Below are positions 29,140 to 43,214 of a DNA stretch of 64,000 bases, piece after piece. Source of the DNA: Octopus vulgaris (taxonomy: Eukaryota); assembly GCA_951406725.2 (NCBI GenBank), contig OX597835.1, positions 43,834,001-43,898,000 on the forward strand, read 5' to 3'. The notes under the pieces were generated by a model. It searched no databases. It was not told where the DNA came from and worked only from the letters and a program-made list of their open reading frames with translations. Numbering within the stretch: position 1 is the first letter of the stretch; each line of letters opens with the position of its first letter. The translations under genes and the position numbers were made by a program.

Positions 29140-30489
29140 CTACACACCACCAGCACCACCACCACCGGCACCTACGACACTACCGCCGCCACCGACACTA
29201 ATACACTAGTATGACCACCAGCACCACCACCACCGCCACCTATGACACTAATACACTAGTATGACCACCACCACCACCACCACCACCACCGCTACCAACA
29301 CCATCGCTGCCGCCGCCACCACCACTTCCACCACCACCACCACCACCACTACCACCAACACTAACACCACCACCACCACAATCACCACCACCACAACCAC
29401 TACCACCACCACCACCACCACCACCACCACCACCACCACCACCGCCACCACCACCACTACTACCACCCACACCAACACTAATACCACTAGTATGACCAAC
29501 ACCACCACCACCACCACCACCACCACCATCAGCACCACCAGCACCATTACCACTGTCGTCATCATCATCGTTATCATACCCTCCTCCTCCTCCTCCTCGT
29601 CATGATTATCGTCATTATCATCGTCACCATGGTCATCATCATCATCAAAAGCAATCGTCTCTTCTTTCTCCTTTCCTCCTCTTCCTCCTCTCCCTCTTCC
29701 TCCTTCCTTTCTTCTTTCCTCCACCTCTTCCTCTCCCTCTCTATCTTCTTCTTCCCCTTCTTCCTCTCCTTCATCATTCCCTTCTGCCTCCTCTTCTCCT
29801 TTTCCTCCTTTTTTCTCCTTTTCCTCCTTCCTTTCCTTCTCCTCCCCCTTTCCTCCTCCTTCCCATTCCTCCTCTTCCATCTCTCTCCTCTTCCTCCTTC
29901 CTTCCTCCACTTCTTCCTCTCCCTCTCTATCCTCTCCTTCCTCCCTTTCTTCCTCGCCTTCATCATTCCCTTCTGCCTCCTCTTCTCCTTTTCCTCCTTT
30001 CTTTCTCCTTTTCCTCCTTCCTTTCCTTCTCCTCCCCCTTTCCTCCTCCTCCCCATTCCTCCTCTTCCTTCTCTCCCTCTTCCTCCTTCCTTTCTTCCTT
30101 CCTCCACTTCTTCCTCTCCCTCTCTATCCTCTCCTTCCTCCCTTTCTTCCTCTCCTTCATCATTCCCTTCTGCCTCCTCTTCTCCTTTTCCTCCTTTCTT
30201 TCTCATCTTCCTCCTTCGTTTTCCCCTCCTCCTCCCCATTCCTCCTCTTCCATCTCTCTCCTCTTCCTCCCAGTCTTTCCTCCTTTTCCCTTCTCTCTTC
30301 TTCCTATTTTCCTTCGCTATTCTCCTTCATCCCTCATTCAGTTCTCTCCGTTCTCCATCCCTCGTTTTACTCATTCACTCTCTGATCATTCTTCACGACG
30401 TTTTCTTATTCCTCTCCACTCTCACCTTTTCCTCTCTCTTTTCCTACTGTATTCTTCCTTCATTTCTATCCATCTATCCGTCTGCCTGC

Positions 30490-30565
<76 letters not shown>

Positions 30566-30970
30566 GTCTGTCTGTCTGTCCCTCCGAACGTCCGTCCGTG
30601 TGTGTGTGTGTGTGTGTGTCTGTCTGTCCATCTGTCTGTCTCTCTCACACTCTCTCACTCTGTCTCTCTGTCTATCTGTTCGTACGTCCGTCCGTCCGTC
30701 CGTTTGCCTGCCTGCCTGCCTGTTTGTCTGTCTATCTATCTATCTGTCTGTCTGTCCGTCCGTCCGTGTGTCTGTCTGTCTGTCTTTCACCTCCTCTCTA
30801 TCTACCTATCTATCTGTCTGTCTGTCTGCCTGACTGTCTCTTTCTTTCCTTCTTTCTTTCTTTCTTTCTTTCTTTCTGTCTTTCTTTCTTTCCCTCTCTA
30901 TCTTTCCTTCTTTCTCTCTTTCTTTCCGCTCTCTCTCCCCACCACCCTCTCTCTCTCCCTCTCGTTATTT
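29140..30970. repeat. Low-complexity block: (CAC)n, then a homopyrimidine tract with three ~190-bp units, then TCTA/TCTG/TTTC repeats
   Basis: TCATCATTCCCTTCTGCCTCCTCTTCTCCTTTTCCTCCT recurs at about 29771, 29960 and 30157. Confidence 0.9.
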
Positions 30971-31310
30971 CTTAATGTATTTATTTCTTATTCATTAGCG
31001 GTTATATAACGCAACATTGCCTCTCACAGTGTGTCTGTGTGTCGAAGTGAGCGTGTTCTCGTTTTTGTACACAAGTCAGGAATCACAAGAAATCTACTAT
31101 CAAAGAATACCACTTTCCACAGAGTTCAGAGAAACAGAGGCCAATCTTAGTAGAGGCGCAGCGGGTGTGTACGCGTCTGTCTTTCGCATCTGTATCTGCA
31201 TGTGTGTTTGGCAATACATCTGTATGTGTACGTATCTATATTTATGGGACTGTCCATTTCTCTCTCTCTCAGTCAATCAATCTATCTGTGTATTATCAGT
31301 GTTTCATCAT

Positions 31311-31353
<43 letters not shown>

Positions 31354-31619
31354 TTTGCTTGTGTGTATGTGTATGTGTGTATACAACTGTTGTGACGATG
31401 CCACTAAATGCATCTTCTCATCCAAACAGAATAGATAAGCACCAGATGAGTGCTCAAATCGGAAACCAGACTTGATCCTTAAACTCCAGCGGTCAAATCT
31501 TAAGAAAAATGGTCCAGCGAAGCAAGAGTTGGTTATCAAAAAACGCCGAGTTCGAACGAATGGCAAATGAGTTCCAAGATGGAAAATTGTTCCATGGCAT
31601 CACAACATTTTAAAAGATA

Positions 31620-32030
31620 TTTACTCTTTTACTCTTTTACTTGTTTCAGTCATTTGACTGGCCATGCAGGAGCACCGCCTTTAGTCGAGTAAATCAAGCC
31701 TCGGGACTTATTCTTTGGAAGCCCAGTACTTATTCTATCGGTCTCTTTTGCCGAACCGCTAAGTTACAGGGACGTAAACACACCAGCATCGGTTGTCAAG
31801 CGATGTTGGGTGGGTGGGGGGAAACACAGACACACAAACACACACACAAATATATATATATATATACATATATACGACGGGCTTCTTTCAGTTTCCGTCT
31901 ACTAAATCTACTCACAAGGCTTTAGTATGCCCGAGGCTATAGTAGAAGACACTTGCTCAAAGTGCCACGCAGTGGGACTGAACCCGGAACCATGTGTTTG
32001 GTAAGCAAGCTATTTACCACACAGCCACTC
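31620..32030 (-). mobile_element. SINE B full copy
   Basis: TTTACTCTTTTACTCTTTTAC tail repeat, body and head all present. Confidence 0.9.
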
Positions 32031-32210
32031 ACCCACTCCTTACATAAACATAAATATAATAAAGAAAAAAAACAATCCTTGATATTCCTTTACGGCTGTT
32101 TCAGAAACGCAATGACTGTTAGATGCAATAATGTGTCTGAGTGCTTGCTCGTGCATGCGTGTGTATACACACACGTATGTGGTATGTGCGTGTATGCACC
32201 TACATATGTG

Positions 32211-32241
<31 letters not shown>

Positions 32242-33924
32242 CGCCTGTGTTATTTCACACAAGTTACGCCTATCTTCTCAAACAATTTCTTAGTAGGGTA
32301 GGGGCTACAATCACCCATATCATAGGCAGCGCCCTGGCTGGAGGAATAAAAGAAGTGTTGCAGATTTTCTTCTAAGTTGAAGAAGAAATAACATCAGAGT
32401 TTCTTTAAGATCGAAAGCTATTGCTACCGCCCGTTCGCTATGGCGTTGTTATTATTAAAGACAGGGTTGAAGAATATGGTGAAAAATTCGCTTTCAACGC
32501 CAACAGGAAAAACAAGATAAGAGACATACATGCGCGCGCAGATTAATAACTGAACTCGTTAATCAATCATCCTCACAACCCGTTTACAAACGAAGATACA
32601 CATCAAAGATTGGGCATTTCGATCGTCAAAGAATCTATAATTGAAAAAAATAGATCAATACCTCTCAGACTCTCTTTAACTGTTGCCCTTTTTCCTTTAT
32701 TAAAACTTTTTTTCAACGTCTTCTCCTCGCTACGATTCAGCATCTCCGTTATTTATGTAGATACATATCGTATCAGACGAGAGTAATTTTAGTTCCGGTT
32801 GGTTGTCTGATGCTGGATGGCAACTTAACACAGTTCAATTCTGCTATAAATTTTGTTTCTAATTTTGGAACAAGGTCGATGGTATCGACTAACCCCAATT
32901 CTCAATACGCAATACCTGACAAGTAATTAAATTTATTGAATCCTAAAAGATGAAAGCCAAAGTTGACCACTACGGGATCTGAACTCTGATCGTAAAGAGA
33001 CGGAAAAAATACCGCAAAGGAAGATTTTTTTTATGGGGTTCTAAATATGCTGGCCGCTCTCTGCTTTCTTTCTACCTTACAATGAATCAATGCGGTAAAC
33101 ACGAGTGGCATATATTTGGCTTAGTTTATTTATTTGCTGTAATTGTCTCTGTGAAGGCACATTACCGAGTGGTTAGGGTGTTGCATTCACGTTGGCGAGG
33201 TCGTGGTTTCGGTTCCTGGATTGTGTGGGCGGTGTGTTGCATACTTGAACAACACACCGCCATCAGCTCCACACCAGAGGAGTGGTATACCGTGCAGGTT
33301 GCCCTGTAAGAAATTGCGGAAGTGTCTTCCTCAGACTACGAGAGACCACCATCATCGTTATCCGTTGTCGCAGCTGTGATTGTAGCTAACAAGGAGTTCA
33401 CCATCAGAAAACCAGAGTGTTAATCAACAGACGACAGTCAACTTCGTAAGAACACTTTTGTCAACGCAGGGTAATATCAGGAAATATGTTATACTTAACA
33501 ATAACTATAATTTAACTTCTATCTAATTTCTTGCTGATTATACGGTATGATGAGATGAATATTAATTTTCCAAAGAAAAAATATTTATTAACCTCCAACT
33601 AAAAATTAAAGAATACAAATTTCTCATTTGTTTAACACCACCTATAACCACCCTGTCACCTCCTCCTCCCTCTCCTCTGATTCTATCTGTCCACTTTCTT
33701 GCGCCTCTTATGTTAACTCTATTTGCATCTCTTTTTTACTCTCTCGCTGTCTTTCTCTCTCTCTCTGTAGGATGCAAATCTTGATTAGAGAAATTAACCC
33801 ACCGCCCATGCATCCAACCAACCAGTTAATCATCATTTATGTTCGCTACTATTATATTGAAATCACATATATAATATTTCTGTTCAAGATGGTATTTTAT
33901 ATACACGTTTATGAAATGGTGTTG

Positions 33925-34548
33925 AAGGCGGCAAGCTGGCGGAGCCGCTGGCACGCCAGGCAGAAGGCTTAGCGGCATTTTTATCTCTCCTTTCATTCTG
34001 AGTTCAAATTCCGTTACGGACGACTTTGCCTTTCGTCCTTTCGGGAACGATCAAATAAGTACTGGAATCGATGTAATCGACTTGCACCTTTCCCTTAAAC
34101 AGCTGATCTTTTAGAAAAATCTGGACCCAATATTTAAAAAAAAAAAAGGGGTAAGGTACTGAACTGGCTGAACCGTTAGCGCGCCGGACAACAATGCTTA
34201 GCAACATTTCGTCCGTCTTTATAAGTTCAAATCCTGCCGAGTTCGACTTTGCTCTTTGTCCTTTCGGAGTCGATAAAATAAGTACCAGTTGCGCACTGGG
34301 GTCGATGTAATTATTGGTGCTGAGTCCAAAAACTTGAGAGAAGGCGATGAGTTGGCAGAGTCGTAGGCACACCGGACAAAATGCTTCGCGGCATTTCGTC
34401 CTTTATGTTCTGGGATCAAATTCCGTCGACGTCAACTTCACCTGTCATCCTTCCAGGGTCAATAAAATAAGTACCAGTTGCGCACTGGGGTCGATGTAAT
34501 AGCTTACACCCGCCCCCGAAATTGCTGGCATTGTGCCAAAATTTGAAA
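33925..34548 (+). mobile_element. Cluster of three diverged SINE A copies
   Basis: Repeated AAGG-G--GA-CTGGC head, TTCAAAT B-box and AAGTAC core. Confidence 0.8.
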
Positions 34549-34848
34549 GGAGTCAAATAACAAAAACAAGAACAAGGCAGATCAATTCCCCCCACCATAT
34601 CGATACATGTGCCGCCAGTGTCCATATAAGTGACTCCTGTGGTCACTTTGAGAAACTCTGGAAGAGATGGCCATCATCGCAGTCAAAAGGAATCCATTAG
34701 CGAAGCAATTTAGCTGCGACATTTTATCCAAACTATTGCTCGAAGCAATGAGAACTATATATGAAACAGACACGACCACAATAGATTTTAGAAGAACAGA
34801 GCACGTTGTAGTAGCGGTGCGGCGGGCGTGTGCATGTGTAAATGTGTC

Positions 34849-34957
<109 letters not shown>

Positions 34958-35199
34958 CTGTGTGTTTCTGTGTGTATGGGGCATGTGCACGCGGTGTGTG
35001 CTTGAAATTACAAGATGTACAGAACAAAATGTTCATAGGATTAGTGGACGCTATATTAGCACTGCAAAGGAGGCACACGTGAGAATGGATGTAGTTATGT
35101 GTGCATTATTTTTATATTTTACTGAGAATCACAAGGTATATATAAACACACACACACACACACACACAGACACATTTAATGATTGCTTCATCTTGTCAA

Positions 35200-35452
35200 A
35201 TGATAGCAGTCCCATCAACACCCCTACCACACCCTATCACACAGCACAATCCCTGTTGATGAGCCCGCAGATGATGTTTAAGACCAGCCGCTGACTGACA
35301 GGGTTTAAAACGCAAGTGACGACAGATATTACTCAAGTTTCTTTTAGACCTTTGCTCTTTCGAATCTGATTCTGAAGGAATGTTTTTGTGAACCAGCATA
35401 TGTCTTTTAAGTTCAGATATTGCCTTACAAGTTTTGTGACATATGGCAAAAG
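35200..35452 (-). pseudogene. Decayed two-finger C2H2 fragment, probably a LINE (RTE-group) 3' end
   Basis: [19 protein letters not shown]...CRHLRFKPCQSAAGLKHHLRAH; truncated at a (TA)n tract; no TGEKP linker. Confidence 0.5.
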
Positions 35453-35453
35453 T

Positions 35454-35504
<51 letters not shown>

Positions 35505-35509
<5 letters not shown>

Positions 35510-35664
35510 ATCCAAACATGAAAACACAAAGCGGAAACACAACAACGCGAGGACGTGGAACAAGAAGGGAAGAAAGAGGGTTTAACGTTTCGAGCGGAGC
35601 TCTTCGTCAGAAACATAGGAAAAGGAAAGATCCAAAGAAGGGAAGACGGAGGAAAAAAAATCGC

Positions 35665-35668
<4 letters not shown>
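35505..35668 (-). mobile_element. Family D element in (TA)n
   Basis: Homologous to 5337-5545, with a small internal deletion and a shorter 5' end. Confidence 0.85.
35580..35614 (-). ncRNA. Minimal type-I hammerhead ribozyme motif with intact core
   Basis: Minus strand GTTT-CTGACGA-A-GAGC-TCC-GCTC-GAAA-CG-TT-AAAC. Stem I GUUU/AAAC, stem II GAGC/GCUC, palindromic AACGUU at stem III. Confidence 0.75.
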
Positions 35669-35705
<37 letters not shown>

Positions 35706-35770
35706 TATATATATATATACATATATACATATATAAGTAAATATATATATATATATATATACATATATAC

Positions 35771-35829
<59 letters not shown>

Positions 35830-35830
35830 C

Positions 35831-35863
<33 letters not shown>

Positions 35864-35898
35864 CATAAAAGTGGTGTATATACATTCATATATATATC

Positions 35899-35971
<73 letters not shown>

Positions 35972-36117
35972 TACTGTTCTGTGGTGGTAAAATCAACAAA
36001 AAGTACTTCATTTTGTGAGAGATAAATATGATTTAATAAACACAATATATGTTTTCATGTGTTACTATTAGTTCCATGTGCTGAGAACATGCCAAACATT
36101 GATTTATATCACGTCTG

Positions 36118-36155
<38 letters not shown>

Positions 36156-36581
36156 TATATATATATAAATATATATATATATATGTCTGTCTGTATGTCT
36201 GTATGTATGTATACGGATGTATGTAAACAAGATGTTACTCACCATACATCGGAAACAGAACCCTAAAGCGTAATCCACTGGTATCACAGCTACAGTTTCA
36301 CTCTGATTACAACACTTCATTGCCGAACAAGGCATGCGCGGTTGATCCCAGGCGTAGCCTAGCGTGCCGTGACAACAATTACTTTCAGCGTCGTCACTTA
36401 ACTGCCGATGAGATGCCTGCAAGATAAGGAGAAAAAAAAGGAGAAAACAAATAAATGAAAAGAAATAAAAATATAAAGGAATGAACTGTTAACAATTTCA
36501 ATGCAAAAAGATATTAATTTCAACGAATATTTCTTTAAAATAATATGCTTCTTTTTCGCGCTTACTCGTGTACAATATTAT

Positions 36582-36812
36582 GTTTCTTTACTACTCACAA
36601 GGGGCTAAATACAGAGGGGACAAACAAGGACAAACAAACGGATTAAGTCGATTACATCGACCCCAGTGCGTAACTGGTACTTAATTTATCGACCCCGAAT
36701 GGATGAAAGGCAAAGTCGACCTCAGCGGAATTTGAACTCAGAACGTAACGGCAGACGAAATACGGCTACGCATTTCGCCCGGCGCGCTAACGTTTCTGCC
36801 AGCTCGCCGCCT
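36582..36812 (-). mobile_element. SINE A full copy with TSD
   Basis: TACA(A/G)TATTAT at 36571-36581 and 36813-36823. Confidence 0.9.
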
Positions 36813-37029
36813 TACAGTATTATACTAATATTTCTATATTTTGAGCTAGCTAAGAAGAGGCAGCAATTAACGGCGAAGGCTGTTGCTCCACTGATGACAG
36901 CTATGATGATGAAACCGTTCAGGGTTGTCTCGCTTGTTTGCACGGTCTGCAATTACTGTTAGTTGGACCCAATTTTATTTTAAAAACTTAGACTATGTAA
37001 AACTGTATTTCTTCTTTTTAATTTCTCTC

Positions 37030-37130
37030 CGGTTAACTTTTCCCTGTCTGAAGAAAGATCCTGTCCGAAACGTTAAATTTTCCACTCCCAACAAGTTTGC
37101 AGTTTTTGCCTTAATAAACACATAATATGT
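37030..37130 (+). mobile_element. Old family-D-like relic with a degenerate hammerhead core
   Basis: CTGAAGA-AAGATCCTGTCC-GAAA-CGTTAAA has the same spacing and 3' context as family D, but the stems have decayed. Confidence 0.45.
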
Positions 37131-37640
37131 GTCTTGCCAATGCAGACCAACAATCTCTTTGGAGCCCATTTGATTTTAATTAAATCCTAATACCGAAAAA
37201 AAAAAGGTTAATGCCTGCATTTAATCAAAGCTTGGTCAGTGCTACTTTTGAAGGAATTCGAACCCATAAAAGCACCCTTCTACTGAAGTATGGCATTTTT
37301 ACACTGTGACTTTCATACTACTACTTCAGTAAGTACAACCACGGTCATAATAATCTGATAAGGTCTATAGATCTGGTCAGATAGAGTTGAGCCAGTGTTA
37401 AATAACATCGAAAACGATCTTAAAGTTTTATTTTCTTCTAGCTTTGTGAATCCAGTCGGAATAGATAAGATACAGAATATATTCAAAAAGTGGTTCTCCT
37501 TTATAGTCTGAAATTAGTGATGCATTTCAGTTCGAATTCTGCTCCGGCCCAGCTTCACTTCTTTCCTCCATTTATCATTCTGATTACGATACATACAAAG
37601 AAACAAAGATAAATACATACGTACATACAAACGCATTTGT

Positions 37641-37675
<35 letters not shown>

Positions 37676-37779
37676 TATACACACACACATTTATACTTTC
37701 ACATGTACTTATACATACGTGTACATACATATAAACGTATATCATTGACATGCATACAATATATATATATATATATATT

Positions 37780-38070
<291 letters not shown>

Positions 38071-38087
38071 GTATGTATATATATATA

Positions 38088-38304
38088 TTTCTTTACTACC
38101 CACAAGGGGCTAAACATAGAGGGAACAAACAAGGACAGACAAAGGGATTAAGTCGATTACATCGACCCGTGCAAAACTGGTACTTTATTTATCGACCCCG
38201 AAAGGATGAAAGGCAAAGTCTACCTCGGCGGAATTTGAACTCAGAACGTAACAACAGACGAAATACGGCTACGCATTTCGCCCGGCATGCTAACGATTCT
38301 GCCA
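38088..38304 (-). mobile_element. SINE A copy
   Basis: Long tail plus core and most of the head. Confidence 0.88.
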
Positions 38305-39465
38305 GACACACACACACACACAAACAAATATACCCATACATATATATTATACATTCAACAGTAGACAAAATAAGAAATAGGATGGCTTTCAACGATTCTA
38401 CTGTTAAAGTAATTGGCACAGCATGAGCACAAGATCGAATCCATGAAACTAGCAAAACGAAGACGACAGCAAAAGCAACAACAACAAAATGTCGTCGGAT
38501 AAATTAAGAAAATGAAGCGAAAACAAGACGGAGCGAAACAGCGCAAGTCGTAATTCTGTGGCTTCAGAAAGTTAAAAAAAAAAAAAGATGGCGTCTTAAA
38601 CATGAACGTAACATTTAGCAGACGATGAGCATGGAATAATGATAATGAAAAGAAAACAATTACTAAAACCATATTGCAAGAGAGAACATTTGAGAAAATT
38701 ATTGGAAGATAATTATTGAAAGATTCCAATGAAATTAATTGTGACGCCTAAATCAACTTATAAATGGCACCCATAGAAAAAGCAAAACCAAAACCTATTC
38801 CTCGCTAAACACCATGGAAATAAAAACGAAAAGAACCTAAATAACAACAATGAAAAATAAACGATATTGGTATTTCGATTCAACTACTTCAGATGACCCA
38901 AATTATCTAATTGATTTTTCTAATTAGAGTTGGCGTGAGTTGGTGTGTGGCAGCATGAGACATTGTGCGGTAGTGTGAGGTGGCGTGAGTAGTGTAAAGG
39001 GGGTTGGGGTCTTGGGGCTGGTTGAATAATCAAGAATGCTTACTTCAGTGGTATTCAAATATTCTTGCATGTGTCAGAGTATTTTATGGCAACGTTTGAT
39101 TCGTTAAAATGTCTCCCAGAATAAAGTAATTTTTTTTTTTGTTAAATTGGTTTGATTCATGCGGAAATCACCGGAGTATGCACCAATCGAACGTGCGTTT
39201 CGCTAATGTAGAACTTCGGCATGTCGTATGGAGCCCATGAGCTCATGATATCAAGAGATAGATAGATAGAAGTGGATAGATAGAATAATAGAATAATAGA
39301 GGCAGATAGATAGATAAATAGAAGTGGATAGATAGAATAATAGAAGCAGGTAGATAGATAAATAGGAGTAGATAGAAAGAATGATAGAGGTAGATAGACA
39401 AAGTGAGGTAGATAGACAGAGAAATAGAGGTAGATATATATATATAGATATATAGATAGAGATAA

Positions 39466-39551
<86 letters not shown>

Positions 39552-39719
39552 GTGGGGCTCTTGGTGGTTAGAAGAGATGTTTAGAAATACCAGCCAAAAT
39601 GTTTACTCAAATGACGGCCCGCAGTCTGAGTAAAAATCGAAGGACACATTAGATAATGTAAAAGTTCTCGATTTAGAATGCCGTTTATCATTACTCATCT
39701 TCATGAAGGATTACTTAAA

Positions 39720-39965
39720 GCTGAAGAACGATGAGACGTATGAAGCCGAATGGATTCTGATATTATTGAGAACCAGAAGAAAGGACAGCATGCGACCCCT
39801 ATGGAAAACTTTCGTTCTCGGTCGTCTGGATTACTGCCTCCCAACTGTGGCCGCCGCAGAGCGTCAAAATGGTGGTGGAACTTGAGGCAATCCACAAAGA
39901 AGATTGATTCGGTGAAACAGATGAGCTGAGCTACAAGGAGAGGCTGAAAGAACTGAAGCCGAAGA
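39720..39965 (+). pseudogene. CR1-group LINE reverse transcriptase C-terminal fragment
   Basis: With frameshifts it reads WIL..RTRRKDSMRPLWKTFVLGRLDYC-SQLWPPQSVKMVVELEAI..IDSVKQMS-YKERLKELK. Confidence 0.75.
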
Positions 39966-40027
39966 CACTCACACACACATATACACACATACAGTAGCTC
40001 CAATATAAACCCTGGTGAGGTTTTTGA

Positions 40028-40318
40028 CCTAGTGGTTAGAGCAGCGGACTCGCGGTCGAGGGATGGCGGGTTCGAATCTCAGACCGAGCGATGTGTGTGT
40101 TTATGAGCGAAACATCTAAGCTCCACGCGGTACCGGCAGAAGGTAATGGCGAAACTTCTGCTGACTCTTTCACCACAACTTTCTCTCACTCTTTCCTCCT
40201 GCATCTTGCAGCTCACCTGCGACGGACCGGCGTCCCGTCCAGGTGGGGAACCTATACGCCAAGGAAACCGGGAAACCGGCCCTTATGAACCTGGAATGGT
40301 TCGAGAAGGAAACAAACA
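40028..40318 (+). mobile_element. SINE C with alternative tail 3
   Basis: Head AGTGGTTAGAGCAGCGGACTCGCGGTCG..GGGTTCGAATCTC and shared body, then CCTGCGACGGACCGGCGTCCCGTCCAGG. Confidence 0.82.
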
Positions 40319-41245
40319 TTTAGGTCTCTAACACTTCACTTTCATTGATGTGTCGTACAGGTATGGCATTAACTCATTTAATTAAATCACTTTACTTACC
40401 CTATCATCTTATTCTTCTATTCTGTTTTATTCTATAAATCCTTCATTCTTCTATACTTTTACGACATTTTGTTGTCGTTGCTTTTGCTGTCGTCTTTGAT
40501 TTGCTAGTTTCATGGATTCGATCTTGTGCTCATGCTGTGCCAATTACTTTAACAGTAGAATCGTTGAAAGCCATCCTATTTCTTATTTTGTCCGCTGCTG
40601 AATATTTATATATATATGTGGGTGTATTTGTGTGTGTGTGTGTATGTATACACGTATACATATATTTCTATACTTCACCTGCCTCATAATTTATTCAGTT
40701 GCAGCACAATTATTAATCAAGTAACACAAACCGTTTTCCTCCCGTGTTCAGAAATTCACCAAACCGTTTAGATTTCCCCACAATTCTAAAAATTCAGTAA
40801 GACAACAACCTTTGTACACCCACCTAACATTTCATTTCCACTAATTTGTAGTTCGGATCCGGTAGGAATCAATTTAGTTATAGTATGTTTACATTTGTTT
40901 TCATACTGTTTTATTATATTTTCTTGTTGACCATTAGGTTAATCTCCTTCCTTAATTCCTATTTCTACATCCCTCTTAGCGGATAATTCGTACACTACCT
41001 GTTATAATTAAACACTAGTTAAACTAAATTTATATAATTACTTCTCCAGATTTCTTCCTTAATCACCTGGCCTGCTTAATTAGTTACTGTATCTACCATT
41101 CATTATCTCTCTCCTTGTTTCATCCTTATACCTTATAATTCACTCTATTCGAACCTAATCCTAATATAACACACACACACACGCACACACACACACACAC
41201 GCACACACAAACGCACATACATACATACATACATACATACATACA

Positions 41246-41278
<33 letters not shown>

Positions 41279-41299
41279 GTGTATGTGTGTGTGAACAGT

Positions 41300-41679
41300 G
41301 GAGGCGCAATGGCCCAGTAGTTAGGGCAGCGCGGCCTCGCGGTCGTGGGATCGTGGTTTCGATTCCAAGACCGGGCGTTGTGAGTGTTTATTGAGCGAAA
41401 ACACCTAAAGCTCCACGGGGCTCCGGCAGAGGGTGGTGGCGAACCCTGCTACATTCTTTTACCACAACTTTCTCTCACACTTTCTTCCTGTTCCTGTTGT
41501 ATTTCAAAGAGCCAGCCTAGTCACATTCAATGTCACGTTGAATCTCCCAGAAAGTTACGTTAAGGGTACACGTGTCTGTGGAGTGCTGAGCCACTTGCAC
41601 GTTAATTTCACGAGCAGGCTGTTCCTCCGTTGATTGGATCAACTGGAACCCTCGTCGTCGTAACCGACGGAGTGCCACG
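41300..41679 (+). mobile_element. SINE C full copy
   Basis: GGAGGCGCAATGGCCCAGT-GTTAGGGC head through CCGACGGAGTGCCAC tail. Confidence 0.9.
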
Positions 41680-41723
41680 CCAATATGTGTACAAACAAAT
41701 CGGCGTGCCACGCACACATGCAT

Positions 41724-41810
<87 letters not shown>

Positions 41811-41814
41811 CATG

Positions 41815-42495
41815 CTCTTTAACTTGTTTCAGTTATTTGACTGCGGCCATGCTTCAGCACCGCCTTTAGTCGAACAAATCAACCCCAGGACTTATTCTTT
41901 GTAATCCTAGTACTTATTCTACCGGTCTTTTTTGCCGAACTGCTAGATTGCAGAGACGTAATTACACCAACATCGTCGGTTGTAAAGTGATGATGGGGCG
42001 ACAAACACAGACACAAATACGTTTATATATATATTCACACACGACGGGATTCTTTCAGTTTCCGTAGACTTTGCCTTTCATCCTTTGTCTGTCCTTGTTT
42101 GTCCACTCTGTGTTTAGCCCCTCGTGGGTAGTAAAGAAATAGGTATTTTGTCTGTCTTTATGTTCTGAGTTCAAATTCCGCCGATGTCAACTTTGCCTTT
42201 CATCCTTTCGGGGTCGATAAATTATCTACCAGTTGCGCACTGAGGTCGATTTAATCGACTTAATACCTTTGTCTGTCCTTGTTTGTCCACTCTGTGTTTA
42301 GCCCCTTGTGGGTAGTAAAGAAATGAGTATTTTGTCTGTCTTTACGTTCTGAGTTCAAATTCCGCCGAGGTCGACTTTGCCTTTCATCCTTTCGATGTCG
42401 ATAAATTAAGTACCAGTTGCGCACTGGGGTCGATTTAATCCACTGGCCCCCTCTCTCCAAATTTCGAGCCTTGTGTCTAAGAGTAGAAAAGAATA
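41815..42495. mobile_element. SINE B 3' part (minus strand) joined at ~42066 to a multimeric SINE A (plus strand)
   Basis: Junction TCTTTCAGTTTCCGT|AGACTTTGCCTTTCATCC; A units repeated three times. Confidence 0.85.
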
Positions 42496-42917
42496 TTCTA
42501 TAATTCTTATAGCTAAGACCAGTATAACCAGTTGATGTTTAACTCTTCCTCCTCCTCCTCCTCCGTTTACTCATCCAGACTCGCAGTGCTGACAGGCTAC
42601 ACTCACATGGCTTCATTTATCTTATCTCACATCCATCTCCTAACACTAACCCCACCCAACTCTGGCTACCCAAGAACTCTACCCCACACTGGTCACTCAC
42701 AACACAAGAAGATTCTAACATCCATACATCTGTCCCTTTTCATTACATTTCTTTTCACTCCCTATCAGTGAACCTACTATATCTCCCATCCTTCTAGATG
42801 TACGTATGAGTATGCACGTGGCTCAAGTGTTAAGCATGTCAGAGAAAATGCTTACTGCTATTACTTCTGAATCTCTACATTCTGAGGTTGTCAACTTCAC
42901 CTTTCATCATTGTTGTT

Positions 42918-43152
42918 GCAGGAGTGCCTCTGTGGTAAGAAGCTTGCTTCCCAACCACATGGTTCCAAGTTCAGTCCCAATTTGTGGCACCTTGGGCAAG
43001 TGTCTTCTACATAATCGCACGTAAAGCCTTGTGAGTGGATTTGGTAGACGGAAACTGAAAGAAGCCCGTCGCTTATATATACCTATATACATGCATGCAT
43101 ACATACATACATACATACATACATATACATACATATATACATTCATACATAC

Positions 43153-43214
<62 letters not shown>

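Larger units (their letters stand above)
38353..40603. mobile_element. ~2.25-kb unit bounded by ~145-bp inverted repeats (38353-38497 and 40461-40603); probable non-autonomous DNA transposon with nested insertions
   Basis: The arms are near-perfect reverse complements (both yield the ORF MLVSWIRSCAHAVPITLTVESLKAILFLILS); TA-rich flanks. Confidence 0.7.

Noticed and set aside
41300-41375. tRNA genes at SINE heads
   Set aside because: A/B boxes are present, but I could not build a full cloverleaf, and each head continues into a multi-copy SINE body.
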